Shown here: positions 28,494-38,934 of the stretch, piece after piece
Numbering within the stretch: the first letter of the stretch is position 1
How the letters are laid out: each line of letters starts with the position of its first letter
DNA from: Promethearchaeota archaeon
GTDB lineage: Archaea > Asgardarchaeota > Lokiarchaeia > Sigyniarchaeales > SOKP01
NCBI GenBank assembly: GCA_016839555.1
Contig: JAEOUA010000003.1
Span: 340,112 to 404,111 of the forward strand
DNA: 64,000 bases
Reading direction: 5' to 3'
Position numbers and translations under genes: made by a program
Notes under the pieces: generated by a model
Told to the model about the DNA's origin: nothing
Database searches by the model: none
What the model saw: the letters and a program-made list of their open reading frames with translations, nothing else

Positions 28494-31424
28494 TTATAAA
28501 AGAATAAAATCAATTTTTTTAAATATAACCTTAGGGATATTATGAGCTCCTTTATAAGAGATTTCAAGATTAATTTCAGAAGGTTCCATAGTCTGGCTAT
28601 TATTTTTTATTTCCTTATCAATTTTAAATAGATATTTAAATTTAAAATCATTACCCGCTTTTAAATCATTAAGTTGGAAATATTTGGGGTGGCTTTGATC
28701 TAATAATTTTATATAAGACGGTGATTTAAGAGTAAAAGATAATTCTTTAAAGTCATAATTAGAAGAATTATTTAATCGTAAATTCATTTCAAGATGATTT
28801 CCAATAGTTTTAATTTTTTTAAATAGAGTAGGCTCCTTAAAGTCGGGAAATTCTAAGCCAATTTTCGGACTAATAATTTTTTCATCAATTATTTTTGCAT
28901 CTAATTTATCTTTATCAATATATTTTAATAATAACTCTTTAATTCGTTCTGTCTCTAACTCAATATAGTTTGAAAGAAGTTCAATTGAGATGGGATTCAT
29001 TATGTTAAGATAATGTTTCACCTGAAATAGAAATAATTTCTCATTATTCTTCATAACAAATTTTTTTAATTTATAGATCATTAGTTCTTTAGTTTGTTCC
29101 CATTTTTCAAGAATGGGATTTATATATAAGTTAAATCCATTAGATTTTGGTTTAAATATTTCTTTAGTTTCGATAATATTATCAATCTGTTCTTCAGTTT
29201 TATCAATAAATAGTTTAATCTGTGAGGAATTCATTTCTAAAGTTTTTTTCGCCTGTTTAAAGTTGCCCTTTCTCATTAAAGCATTTAGTTTCAATGTCAG
29301 ATGTTCGAGATTATGATTTAACTTTTTAATTCCATTAATACCATATGTTATTATTTCATTTATATAGGATTGAACTATTTGAAATGTTAATTCATTGCTT
29401 ATGCCATTAATATTATGAATATTTGATAAATCTTCAGAAGATTTAATAGAAAACACGGTTTCAACAATTTTTTGCTTTAATGATTTAATTTTTTTATCTA
29501 TTTTATTTAGATAAATTTGTATGTCTATTTTCACTGAAATCCATTTATTAATAAGATCTTTAAAAAGATCATCAAATTCAATATTATTAATAATAGTTTC
29601 TCTAATATCTATGTCCAATTTAAATAAATTTTTTCGAATTAAGGAAATATAATTAAATTTTTCTTGAAATTCTTGTTCTGAATAAATATCAAGATCTAAA
29701 GCTTGGGACCAGGTATCATCCTTTTTAATATAATCAAATTGGGCTTTTAGAATGGTAATTCGATCCATTAAAACATTAATTTTAGATTGGAGATTTGATA
29801 TATGCTCTTGCTTTTTTTCCTCACAAATAGATGAGAGACTCACTCGGATTAAAGATAATTCATCAATGATTTGTATTTTAGTTTCCTTCCAATCTTCAAT
29901 TAAATCAAAAGCAATTCTCCTATATTGGAAGTTATTTATTCTTTCATTAAATGTATGGATTTTTTTAATAATATCATCATACATTTGATTTAGTTGAATT
30001 TCGGTAGTATTAAACTTGAAATCATTAATATAAGTATTTATTTTTTTTCGAAATTCTGCGGGAATCCTCTGAAAGTTTTCAATTTTTTCTCTTAAAAATG
30101 AAATTTCTCTCGAAATTTTTTCAATAGTACTTTTAATAGATGGGAAATTTGATTCGATTATTTTTAAAGTATATTCGATTTCCTCCTTAACATTTAAGTC
30201 ATGTTCATTTTCCAAGAATTCATTTAATTCTATATATAACCATATCCCAATTTTCTCATCTTGTAAAATATTGATCAATTTTTCAAGTAATTCAACATAT
30301 TGCTTACGTTTTCTCCAATATTTCGATTCCATCTCATATAATATTTTTATAATCTCTTTTTCAATTTCTAATTGATATTCTTTATATAATTGTTTAAAAG
30401 TTATGGCAATTGTTTCCCTTATATTTTCAGAAGGATTATCTAATTCTTTAAAGAGATATGGAAAAATTTGTTTAATATGAGTTTGACATAATTGATATAA
30501 TGCCTCTTCTAAAATATAATTATATGAATCTTTACTAGATTCCGATATTAAATTGATTAAATTCGCCCAAATTTGTTCGAAGTTATTTTCTGCAATAATA
30601 TTCAAGGCATCAATAACTTCATTCTGAATTCCATATTCTTTATTTTTAAGGAAATTAATAATTTTAGGAATAAAAGGAATTATCTCGGATGACTTTTCTT
30701 TGCCAATTTCTCCGAATAACCAGATGATTAACTTTTTTACCCTTGGTTTTTCATTATATAAGAGATTTAATAAAACATAGAAAATTTTTTCTTTTGTCAC
30801 ATAATATTGTCCTAAAAGTTTTAATAATTCTGTTGCTGCTTGAGCAACGTCATCATCCTCATCTCTTAAATTTATTATTACTATTGAGAGAAGAGGTTCT
30901 ATACTTTTGATTTTAGTGTAATCTTGATTAATTAATTTCTTAATAATAGTAATGACGATCAGCTTAACTTTCCAATCATTATCCATTAATTTCTCTGTAA
31001 AATCATCTAAAATTGCTGATAATTTATCAGAATCAATATGAAGAGTTAAAAGTAATTTTCCAATAATTTTAACTGCTAATCGTCGTACAGAATCATCTCG
31101 GTCATATAATCGCAAATCGAATTCATCTAATAAATCTATTAATAAATTAGGCCTATAAATGGAAATCTGATATAAAATCTCGAGAGCAGCCAGCCTAATC
31201 CAAGAATCTTGGTCATTGATTAATCCTCCAATTATTTTAACAGCTTTTAAAGAAATTTTTGGGGATTTATCACATATTAGACTTAAATAATTTAGTGCAT
31301 TATAGAGATTTTCTTGATCATGCTGAGAATGGCAAGTCTCTATTGCTAATAATAAAGCTTTTAAGGCATCGGTGAAATTACCGTCTAAGATCAATTTCTC
31401 AATATTTTCCAATTTCAAATTCAC
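28494..31424 (-). CDS. HEAT-repeat protein with coiled coil, PCI-like segment and C-terminal beta-sandwich
   Basis: DQDSWIRLAAL, DRDDSVRRLAV, DNDWKVK and DEDDDVAQAA HEAT signatures; C-terminal LEMNLRLNN...LNDLKAG..FKFKYLF. Confidence 0.75.
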   Translation of the reverse strand: MNLKLENIEKLILDGNFTDALKALLLAIETCHSQHDQENLYNALNYLSLICDKSPKISLKAVKIIGGLINDQDSWIRLAALEILYQISIYRPNLLIDLLDEFDLRLYDRDDSVRRLAVKIIGKLLLTLHIDSDKLSAILDDFTEKLMDNDWKVKLIVITIIKKLINQDYTKIKSIEPLLSIVIINLRDEDDDVAQAATELLKLLGQYYVTKEKIFYVLLNLLYNEKPRVKKLIIWLFGEIGKEKSSEIIPFIPKIINFLKNKEYGIQNEVIDALNIIAENNFEQIWANLINLISESSKDSYNYILEEALYQLCQTHIKQIFPYLFKELDNPSENIRETIAITFKQLYKEYQLEIEKEIIKILYEMESKYWRKRKQYVELLEKLINILQDEKIGIWLYIELNEFLENEHDLNVKEEIEYTLKIIESNFPSIKSTIEKISREISFLREKIENFQRIPAEFRKKINTYINDFKFNTTEIQLNQMYDDIIKKIHTFNERINNFQYRRIAFDLIEDWKETKIQIIDELSLIRVSLSSICEEKKQEHISNLQSKINVLMDRITILKAQFDYIKKDDTWSQALDLDIYSEQEFQEKFNYISLIRKNLFKLDIDIRETIINNIEFDDLFKDLINKWISVKIDIQIYLNKIDKKIKSLKQKIVETVFSIKSSEDLSNIHNINGISNELTFQIVQSYINEIITYGINGIKKLNHNLEHLTLKLNALMRKGNFKQAKKTLEMNSSQIKLFIDKTEEQIDNIIETKEIFKPKSNGFNLYINPILEKWEQTKELMIYKLKKFVMKNNEKLFLFQVKHYLNIMNPISIELLSNYIELETERIKELLLKYIDKDKLDAKIIDEKIISPKIGLEFPDFKEPTLFKKIKTIGNHLEMNLRLNNSSNYDFKELSFTLKSPSYIKLLDQSHPKYFQLNDLKAGNDFKFKYLFKIDKEIKNNSQTMEPSEINLEISYKGAHNIPKVIFKKIDFILL

Positions 31425-31622
31425 AATCTCACAGTTTAATCAGAAATCTTAACCAAAGTCTACTTTTTGTTAAAATAATATAAAATCATTATATTATATT
31501 TTACCTTTCATTTGAAATCAAAATAAGAATTAAAGAAAAAAAAGTTATTTTAATGAAAATTCTGAATATATTTAATTTTATTCATATTTTTCTAAAGTTT
31601 TTTAAAAAAAAAGAGAGAATTA

Positions 31623-32171
31623 TTAATTATTTAATTGAATTATTGCGGTACCTTTCATTGCAACTCTGTCTCTATATGTAAGAATCCCTTTTTCTATTTC
31701 TTTTTCATGTACTAAATTTCTTTCTCGATCTTTATCTGAGATGTATCCTCGTTCTCCTGCTTCAAATTGTTCTACAATTTCCCCATTACTGTCTTTTATA
31801 TGTACAGGTGTTATTGTCCTCTGAACCACATCTAAATATACCGTACTTCCTTCTATTTTAGTGACTGTTCCTTCAGTTATAAGCGTATCGCCACAACGAA
31901 CCATTCCAACCATATCTACTGCTAATTCAATTAGTTTTCCATCTCTTTCATGATTCAAGAAATCTTCAAATAATTTTGTAATGAAGCCTAGAGAAAATAG
32001 TCCATGAGCGATCACACCTTTTAATCCCGCTTTTATTGCGATTTCATCCCGAGTATGGATAGGATTTGTATCCCCGCTGGCATTAGCATAATCTATTAGT
32101 AAATCTCTTGTTATTTCATCAAATTCATCCCTTATTACTTGACCAACCTCAATATCAGAAAGATATACCAT
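31623..32171 (-). CDS. MaoC-family (R)-hydratase/dehydratase, catalytic subunit
   Basis: YANASGDTNPIH...VIAHG. Confidence 0.9.
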   Translation of the reverse strand: MVYLSDIEVGQVIRDEFDEITRDLLIDYANASGDTNPIHTRDEIAIKAGLKGVIAHGLFSLGFITKLFEDFLNHERDGKLIELAVDMVGMVRCGDTLITEGTVTKIEGSTVYLDVVQRTITPVHIKDSNGEIVEQFEAGERGYISDKDRERNLVHEKEIEKGILTYRDRVAMKGTAIIQLNN

Positions 32172-32172
32172 T

Positions 32173-32673
32173 TTAATACCCTCCTGGCCGAACGGCCGCT
32201 GTTACTGTTGGTTTACATACTAATTCATCATTTTGATTTTTAACGGTGACTAAAAATTCAGCGAAAAGAATCATATTTTTTTCTACTAACCATACTTTAC
32301 CCCATTCAGCGGTTACTGTAAGAGAGTCTCCATCTTTAATATCCACACAATCTTTCCAATCGTATTTATTTCCTGCATGAAGTAGTTTAGCTGGGTTAAT
32401 AAGAAATGGTCGCTTTTTTCCATCTTGTTCTATTTTCATTCCAAGAAGTAATTTATATAATGCCTTTACTGTAAAATGATTTGCGAATGCCTTACATGCA
32501 ACAATTCCATCCTCTTCAGGACCCACATATTTCGGATCTGATAATCCATATACCTTTGCAAAATCAATTAAATTCTTATATCTACAGCGAATTCGTACTT
32601 GACCAGGTACTTTTTTTCCCGGAAGCTGACTTATTAATGCATCCGCATTTTTTTTCATCTCTTTTTCGTCCAT
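32173..32673 (-). CDS. MaoC-like hotdog partner subunit (HadA/FAS1-dehydratase N-terminal type)
   Basis: LLHAGNKYDW and VKNQNDELV; ends 1 bp before the MaoC gene. Confidence 0.75.
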   Translation of the reverse strand: MDEKEMKKNADALISQLPGKKVPGQVRIRCRYKNLIDFAKVYGLSDPKYVGPEEDGIVACKAFANHFTVKALYKLLLGMKIEQDGKKRPFLINPAKLLHAGNKYDWKDCVDIKDGDSLTVTAEWGKVWLVEKNMILFAEFLVTVKNQNDELVCKPTVTAAVRPGGY

Positions 32674-33116
32674 ATCTATTTCAATCTCACAATTTTTTGT
32701 TTTTATATTATATAGTTTCGATTTAATGCTATATAATAATTGTTATAATTTAAATCTCATATATTCTCTAAGAAATTTACATAATATTTTAAATAAGGGT
32801 TTTAAACATCAAAATGATACTTCTGTAATAAAGATTAAATAATATCCAAGAAATTTATCAAACTTATCATTATTAAAATCTTTTTAAAAGATATTCATAA
32901 GAGAAATAATTTTAAGAAAAGTGTAAAATTTAATTTTACTTCGATTTATTTTTAATCCTACTAATTTATTTTTACCTTATATCTATTTAAATTATTTTTA
33001 AATAGTTATTTTTTTAACTATAAGTTGCTTCTTCTATAATTGAAAAATAAATTTTATTAGAATAGATTAAGAAAATGAGAAAATATGTATTAAATTTTAA
33101 AACTTGGTGAAAATTA

Positions 33117-33893
33117 TTGGCAATAATAGAATTAACGCTTGTAGAATTTTTGCAAGGACTTTTTAGCTTTATTATCGTTATTGCAGCAGCATTAACAGGT
33201 ATTTTAATTGCATTAAGATATTTTCGGACTAAAATTTGGACCTTTTTAACTATTGGATTGTCCTGGATTGGTTTTGTATCTGGTTGGATTCCAGATTCAA
33301 TTAATTTTGTTATAATTTTTTTTGGTCAACAATTACCATTAACAATATATTTAATAATAGCGATTGGTTTTTATCCTCCAGTAGTGTTTTTATGGTTAAT
33401 CGGAATAACAAAGTTACTTAATATTAAGAAGCGAAAAGAATATTTGATTCTTTTTTTAATAATTTATACTATTTTGGAGATAATATTTTTTATTTTTCTA
33501 ATAATTGATAAAACTGGATTGGTTGGAGAGTTTATAGGTATTTTTATTGTTGATTTTAAATTATATGGCATAATTATAATACTTTTTTCCTTAGTGACAA
33601 TAATCATTTCTGGATTAAAATTTTCTTATGAAGCCTTTTCTTCAGTAGAGCCAAAGGTAAAATTAAAAGGATCTTTTCTTTTAACTGCTTTTATTTCTGT
33701 GACCATTGGTGTTCTCTTAGATCTTATAATAACTGCAATCTCCGGAACTGTTGGTTCAGTATTGTATACATTATTACCTGTTATGATTGTAATAACAAGA
33801 TTAATCATAGCTATGTCCTCAATTGCATTTTATTTTGGTTATATATTACCAAAAGGAATAGAAAATCTATTTTTAAAAAAGATTGAAAAATAA
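33117..33893 (+). CDS. Seven-TM integral membrane protein
   Basis: Seven hydrophobic segments; no soluble output domain. Confidence 0.75.
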   Translation: MAIIELTLVEFLQGLFSFIIVIAAALTGILIALRYFRTKIWTFLTIGLSWIGFVSGWIPDSINFVIIFFGQQLPLTIYLIIAIGFYPPVVFLWLIGITKLLNIKKRKEYLILFLIIYTILEIIFFIFLIIDKTGLVGEFIGIFIVDFKLYGIIIILFSLVTIIISGLKFSYEAFSSVEPKVKLKGSFLLTAFISVTIGVLLDLIITAISGTVGSVLYTLLPVMIVITRLIIAMSSIAFYFGYILPKGIENLFLKKIEK

Positions 33894-33987
33894 AAGAATA
33901 TAATTTAATTTTTTTTTTTATATTACTCGATATAGTTTTTGCTATTTTTCTTCCTAGATTTCCTAAAATTCCATCTTTTTAGTAATA

Positions 33988-34737
33988 CTAAAATTCATAA
34001 CTTATTTTAGTATATATTTTATCTCTCTCTGAAGACAATGTAAAATATTGAATAATTCGAGGGTTTGAGTCAGACCCATTTAATATAATTATGTGAATTT
34101 TATTTTTTTGTATTAATTTCAACAAATACGAGTCGATTGGTGTATACATTTTTAGTTTGTCAAAATTTGAAGGAATTACAGCTATTTTTTTTGTTTTTCT
34201 AAATCTTTGGTATTTTTTTATGGTAAGCTCCTTAACTATTTTATAATCTTTATCTAGAATCCCATCAATATCCTTTATTAAAAAACATTGATTTAATCCT
34301 AATTTTGAGGCAATATGAATAGCTATTGAATCAGATGTTACTTTCCAACTATGAGGCAATCTATCTTCATTGTATAAAAAAGAAAATGATTGGAATAGAA
34401 TAATTTTTCTATCTTTTGAATTTTTATTGAGATAATTAATTAATTCTGATAACTCTGAAAAAAGGGTTATTTCAGGAAATTTGGTATGCAACTTAAAACA
34501 ATTCCAATCCATGGCAAGAATTGCCTCCCAATGTGCTAAGTTATCACCAATATCCAATTTTTTATCAACTAATCTGACAAAATTAGCACAAGAACCTCCT
34601 CCAGTGAGAATTATTACTTTATTAATTTTTTTTTTTTTAAAAACTAATGTTTTTAGTTGATTAATCGTGGAAGATAAGTTATTTTGATTCTCTAAAATTT
34701 TTCCTCCAATTTTTACTAAAATTGTTGATTCATTCAT
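33988..34737 (-). CDS. mfnE: Amino-acid-kinase family protein, MfnE-like (methanofuran biosynthesis kinase)
   Basis: VKIGG, GGGSCANFVR, AHWEAILAMD, LPHSWKVTSDSIA and KDIDG; adjacent to mfnF. Start placed at MNESTILVKIGG. Confidence 0.75.
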   Translation of the reverse strand: MNESTILVKIGGKILENQNNLSSTINQLKTLVFKKKKINKVIILTGGGSCANFVRLVDKKLDIGDNLAHWEAILAMDWNCFKLHTKFPEITLFSELSELINYLNKNSKDRKIILFQSFSFLYNEDRLPHSWKVTSDSIAIHIASKLGLNQCFLIKDIDGILDKDYKIVKELTIKKYQRFRKTKKIAVIPSNFDKLKMYTPIDSYLLKLIQKNKIHIIILNGSDSNPRIIQYFTLSSERDKIYTKISYEF

Positions 34738-34750
34738 AATATTAATAAAA

Positions 34751-35863
34751 TCATTCATTACTTTGAAAATATAAAGCCCCAGCAACCGCAAATGCTGAAG
34801 AATTTATTCGATTGGGAATATTAGTAATTTTTTCATAATATTTAATATTCTTAAACCCCATTTCTTTTAAGACCTTTATAATTAGGAAATCTGCTGATAA
34901 ACCTGTAATTACAAATAGCGGATTTTCTCTAAATCGCGGGTATCTAATTTTTACATTTTCAAAAAAAATATCGATTTCCTCCTTAATTAATTCTAATTGT
35001 TTCTGATAGATAAAGAGAGCGATATTATCTAATTCCTTCTTTGATATGGTATTTAGATCCATACATATTATCCTCGCTAACCGGGCATAACAATCTTCTT
35101 TTGATTTTGAGCGATTATCCGCTGTATCATTAAAATACTCTTTTTCAGATATATTTTCCAATATTCTATGAACATCGGAAATTAAAGCAAATTTTTCAAA
35201 AGAAATTCTTACTCTATTACCTTTATAAGGAACAAAATGAGTTATAGAAGGAATAGTAGCCCGCAAACCACCTGTGTAAATTAATTCATGATTTAGCAAA
35301 CGTTCAATATCCGTTTTTCCTAAAGGAACAGGAATAGAGTCAACTATTGGGATAATATCTATAGTTGTTGAACCTGCATCTATTAAAATACAATTTGAGA
35401 TATATTTTCCCAAAAATAATGAAGTGGATACCCAATTAGCTGCGGCTATAAGCTGATAATTCTCTCTTGCATCCTTCCATTCTAAAAAAGTGTTATTTGT
35501 TGATATAAATCGTAATTTTTGTTTTTTAAAATTACTTGAGAGAGCATCAATAATCATTTCCACACCTTCCTTTTTAGTCTGAAATGCATCTGATAATTCT
35601 GCTGTCATTGTAATAGCGATATATTCAACATCATCAATTTTGAAGGTTAGATCTGAAAATATATGAGAAATAATACGGTTGAATAAACTCTCAATTTGGT
35701 GTTTTGTTTTTTCCCAAAAAGGAAAATATTCGATGTATGAAAAAGAGTCTAATAATTTACGATTTTGAAAATAAACGAGCGCCGCTTTTGTATTTGCTCC
35801 ACCTATATCCAATCCTAATATTAATACCCTATTATCTTTTTCATTCTTATTTTTTGATTTCAT
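34751..35863 (-). CDS. mfnF: Hydantoinase A-like MfnF (H4MPT-linked C1 pathway, methanofuran biosynthesis)
   Basis: GLDIGGANTK, TMTAELSDAF.TK.EGV, AAANW, DAGSTTIDIIP, ELIYTG.LR, DTADNR and RLARIICMD. Confidence 0.82.
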   Translation of the reverse strand: MKSKNKNEKDNRVLILGLDIGGANTKAALVYFQNRKLLDSFSYIEYFPFWEKTKHQIESLFNRIISHIFSDLTFKIDDVEYIAITMTAELSDAFQTKKEGVEMIIDALSSNFKKQKLRFISTNNTFLEWKDARENYQLIAAANWVSTSLFLGKYISNCILIDAGSTTIDIIPIVDSIPVPLGKTDIERLLNHELIYTGGLRATIPSITHFVPYKGNRVRISFEKFALISDVHRILENISEKEYFNDTADNRSKSKEDCYARLARIICMDLNTISKKELDNIALFIYQKQLELIKEEIDIFFENVKIRYPRFRENPLFVITGLSADFLIIKVLKEMGFKNIKYYEKITNIPNRINSSAFAVAGALYFQSNE

Positions 35864-35881
35864 ATACTTAAAATATTAATT

Positions 35882-36931
35882 TCATTTAATTTTAATCGGT
35901 TCAGCGAATTGATTTCGTAAATATAAGAGTATAGGCTCTATATTTTCACCGGTTAATGCATTAGTTAAGATATAATCTTCTTTAGTTAAGCCCAATGCAT
36001 TATGCAAATATTCTATTTCTTCTTTGCTGGCTAAATCCATCTTATTAAAAACAACTTTAATTTGAATATTTCTATTTTTAATGAAATCTCTCTTTATTTC
36101 ATTAAATAGATTGATCTGGGATTGTATATTATAACCGCAAGCAGGGGTGGGATCAAAAATAAATATTATTAAATCAGAAATTAATCGTAATGCTAAGATT
36201 GCTTGCATTTCTATATTATTTCTCTCTGAAAGTGGACGATCTAAAATACCTGGAGAATCCATTATTTGCAGCTTTACAGAATCAAACCTTCGCTGAATTT
36301 CCAAATGTCCCAGTATTAATTTTTTTGTGGTAAATGGATATTCTTGAATTAAAATTGATTTTGCTGAAGAGATTTGTTTCACTATACTACTTTTACCCAC
36401 ATTGGGAGCGCCAGAGCATACAATACAAGGTAGTGTATAATCAATAGAAGGTATCTCTTTTAATTTACCTCTAATATTATTTAAATATACTAAATTTTCA
36501 TTCTGCTTTTTTATAATTGAAGAAACCCTTCCAAAAACAGCTCTTCTAATTTTATCTCCCTCTTTAGGTTCCTTAATTCGACTCAATTTTGAAAGATATT
36601 CACGTTCAATTTTACTTAATATTGGTAAGATTCCGTTCAACTTTCCAAGAGTTAATTTTAATTTATCAATATCTACTAAAAGAGAAGCCAATTCTTTATA
36701 GAATTTGGGAAGTTCATTAATAATTGGTACCATTTTGATTATTTTCAAGATTCTCTCAACCAATTCATCAATAGCAACCTTTATTCTTTTAGCTTCTTTT
36801 TTTTTAGCTTTAATAATAATCGGCGCATTTGAAGATACTTTTGCAGAACTTTTCATTGCTCTATTGAATGCGATATCTAAGAGTTCTTGAGCATTTGGTA
36901 CATGATAAAAATCAGAAAAGGGATTCTTCAT
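35882..36931 (-). CDS. NOG1-family GTPase
   Basis: N-terminal helical domain, GAPNVGKSS, YPFTTK, DSPGILDRPLSERNNIEMQAILAL, NKMD. Confidence 0.92.
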   Translation of the reverse strand: MKNPFSDFYHVPNAQELLDIAFNRAMKSSAKVSSNAPIIIKAKKKEAKRIKVAIDELVERILKIIKMVPIINELPKFYKELASLLVDIDKLKLTLGKLNGILPILSKIEREYLSKLSRIKEPKEGDKIRRAVFGRVSSIIKKQNENLVYLNNIRGKLKEIPSIDYTLPCIVCSGAPNVGKSSIVKQISSAKSILIQEYPFTTKKLILGHLEIQRRFDSVKLQIMDSPGILDRPLSERNNIEMQAILALRLISDLIIFIFDPTPACGYNIQSQINLFNEIKRDFIKNRNIQIKVVFNKMDLASKEEIEYLHNALGLTKEDYILTNALTGENIEPILLYLRNQFAEPIKIK

Positions 36932-36994
36932 ATTTTTTTATAGTTCTAATTTATATAAATTATATCGAGATTAAATTTCATTAAATCTTATAAT

Positions 36995-37546
36995 TTATAA
37001 TTTTGATTCTATTTCACTTATTTTATTTTTAATTTCTGAAATCTTTTCTCTAACATCCATTTTTTCTGGCGGAATTGAGTTATATAACTCTAAAACAATC
37101 TTATATCGTTCAAGAACTCGACTATATAGTCTTTTCTCTTCTTCTTTCTTAGCTTTCTTTAAAATTAATTCAATTTTATCTATATTCCTTTGTAATTCCC
37201 GAGAGGAGATAGGAACTTTCACTTTAGGTCCTATTTCTTCTGTTTTTTGCAGCGCTTCGAGTCTTTGAGAATAATATTGTTGTTCTCTCTGTATTTTTTC
37301 TTCCTCCATTCTTTTCTGCTTAATATAATCTCTCTTATAATCTTCAAGATTTTTGATTTCCTCATATAACACATCAGCTTGCTCAAACCAACCAAGCGAC
37401 TTGAAAATGTCGATAGCTTTTCTATATTCTTCTTTGGCTTCCTGATATTGGTGGTCTTCGACTAGAACTTTTGCTCTTTCCAAAATATTATCTGCTTCTT
37501 CAATTTTTTTTTCTCTTTCCCTTTCATCCATTTCTTTTTGGCTCAT
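36995..37546 (-). CDS. Helical protein with two TPR/MIT-like modules
   Basis: AKVLVEDHQYQEAKEEYRKAIDIF and AKKEEEKRLYSRVLERYKIVLELY. Confidence 0.65.
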   Translation of the reverse strand: MSQKEMDEREREKKIEEADNILERAKVLVEDHQYQEAKEEYRKAIDIFKSLGWFEQADVLYEEIKNLEDYKRDYIKQKRMEEEKIQREQQYYSQRLEALQKTEEIGPKVKVPISSRELQRNIDKIELILKKAKKEEEKRLYSRVLERYKIVLELYNSIPPEKMDVREKISEIKNKISEIESKL

Positions 37547-37749
37547 TTTATGTCATCATTTTTTATTAAAAATAATTCTGTATTTTTTTTTAATTTAGAG
37601 ATTTAAATTTTATTTCTCAAATAAAAATTATTAAATCAAATTAGAGAACACAAAATTATATAATTTAGGATTATTTTAATATTTAAATAGAAGAAATGGT
37701 AAATTACTTCCAACTAATATTTCAATTAAAAATTGGAGTAAAGAATCAC

Positions 37750-38838
37750 ATGGAAAAATTAAAAATTGGAGTTCTTGGAGCGACTGGTATAGTAGGTCAA
37801 AATTATCTCCAATTACTTCAAGGCCATCCTTGGTTTGATATAATTGATGTCGCTGCATCACCAAGATCAGCAGGTAAAACCTATGAGAAAGCCGCTGGGC
37901 CTAAATGGCAAATGCCTATTCCAATTCCAGAAAGTTTAAAAGATTTAAAAGTACGTGATGTCCAAGATTATGATGCTATTCCCGAAGATGTTAGTTTTGT
38001 ATTTTCTGCCATCAATATGCCCACAAAAGATATGATAAAGGAAGTGGAATTTGAATATGCTAGAAAAGGAATACCAGTCATTAGCAACAATTCAGCTCAT
38101 CGATGGACTTCCGATGTACCTATGATAATTGGGGAAATTAACAGCCATCATTCCGATGTGATTCCCATCCAGCAAAAAAATAGAGGTTTTTTAAAAGGAT
38201 TTGTTGCAGTAAAACCTAATTGTTCTTTACAAAGTTATTTGACTGCAATTTATGCTTTAGAGAAAGCAAATTATAAAGTCGATAAACTTATAATCACCAC
38301 TCTTCAGGCTGTATCAGGAGCAGGATATCCTGGTGTTGCATCATTAGATATGGTGGATAATATTATTCCTTATGTTGGGGGAGAAGAAGAAAAAACAGAG
38401 AAAGAACCTTTGAAAATATTCGGTAAAGTAGGAGAAAAAGGGATTATTAATGATGATTCCATACAAATTAGCTCCACATGTACGAGAGTGGCAGTAAGAG
38501 ACGGACATACAGCATCAGTTAATATGAAATTTAAAGATAGAATCCCCAATAGAGAAGAAATAATCAATATTTGGAAAACTTTTAAGGCATTACCTCAGGA
38601 ATTAGGTCTTCCATTTGCTCCAAAACAACCGATTATTTATTTAGAGGATGAAGATCGCCCACAGCCGATAAAAGATCGGAATAACGATAAGGGTATGGCT
38701 CTAACTGTTGGAAGATTAAGAGAGGATAACGTTTTTGATTATAAATTTGTAAGTCTAAGCCATAATACTATACGTGGTGCTGCTGGTGGTGCTATTTTGA
38801 TGGCAGAGATGCTTAAAACAAAGGGATATTTAAAATAA
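37750..38838 (+). CDS. asd: Aspartate-semialdehyde dehydrogenase
   Basis: VLGATGIVGQ, KPNCS, QAVSGAGYPG, GEEEK, CTRV...GH and HNTIRGAAG. Start placed at MEKLKIGV after GGAG. Confidence 0.95.
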   Translation: MEKLKIGVLGATGIVGQNYLQLLQGHPWFDIIDVAASPRSAGKTYEKAAGPKWQMPIPIPESLKDLKVRDVQDYDAIPEDVSFVFSAINMPTKDMIKEVEFEYARKGIPVISNNSAHRWTSDVPMIIGEINSHHSDVIPIQQKNRGFLKGFVAVKPNCSLQSYLTAIYALEKANYKVDKLIITTLQAVSGAGYPGVASLDMVDNIIPYVGGEEEKTEKEPLKIFGKVGEKGIINDDSIQISSTCTRVAVRDGHTASVNMKFKDRIPNREEIINIWKTFKALPQELGLPFAPKQPIIYLEDEDRPQPIKDRNNDKGMALTVGRLREDNVFDYKFVSLSHNTIRGAAGGAILMAEMLKTKGYLK

Positions 38839-38934
38839 CTATTTTAAGTAAATTCTTCTTAATTTGAATCTAATTTGAGCCTGATTTTAACCCCATTTAA
38901 AAATGAATATTTTCGAGCTTATATATTAATTTAG

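Noticed and set aside
34738-34791. Long N-terminus of the mfnE track ORF overlapping mfnF
   Set aside because: Family homology begins at ILVKIGG, so ATG 34737 is the more plausible start.
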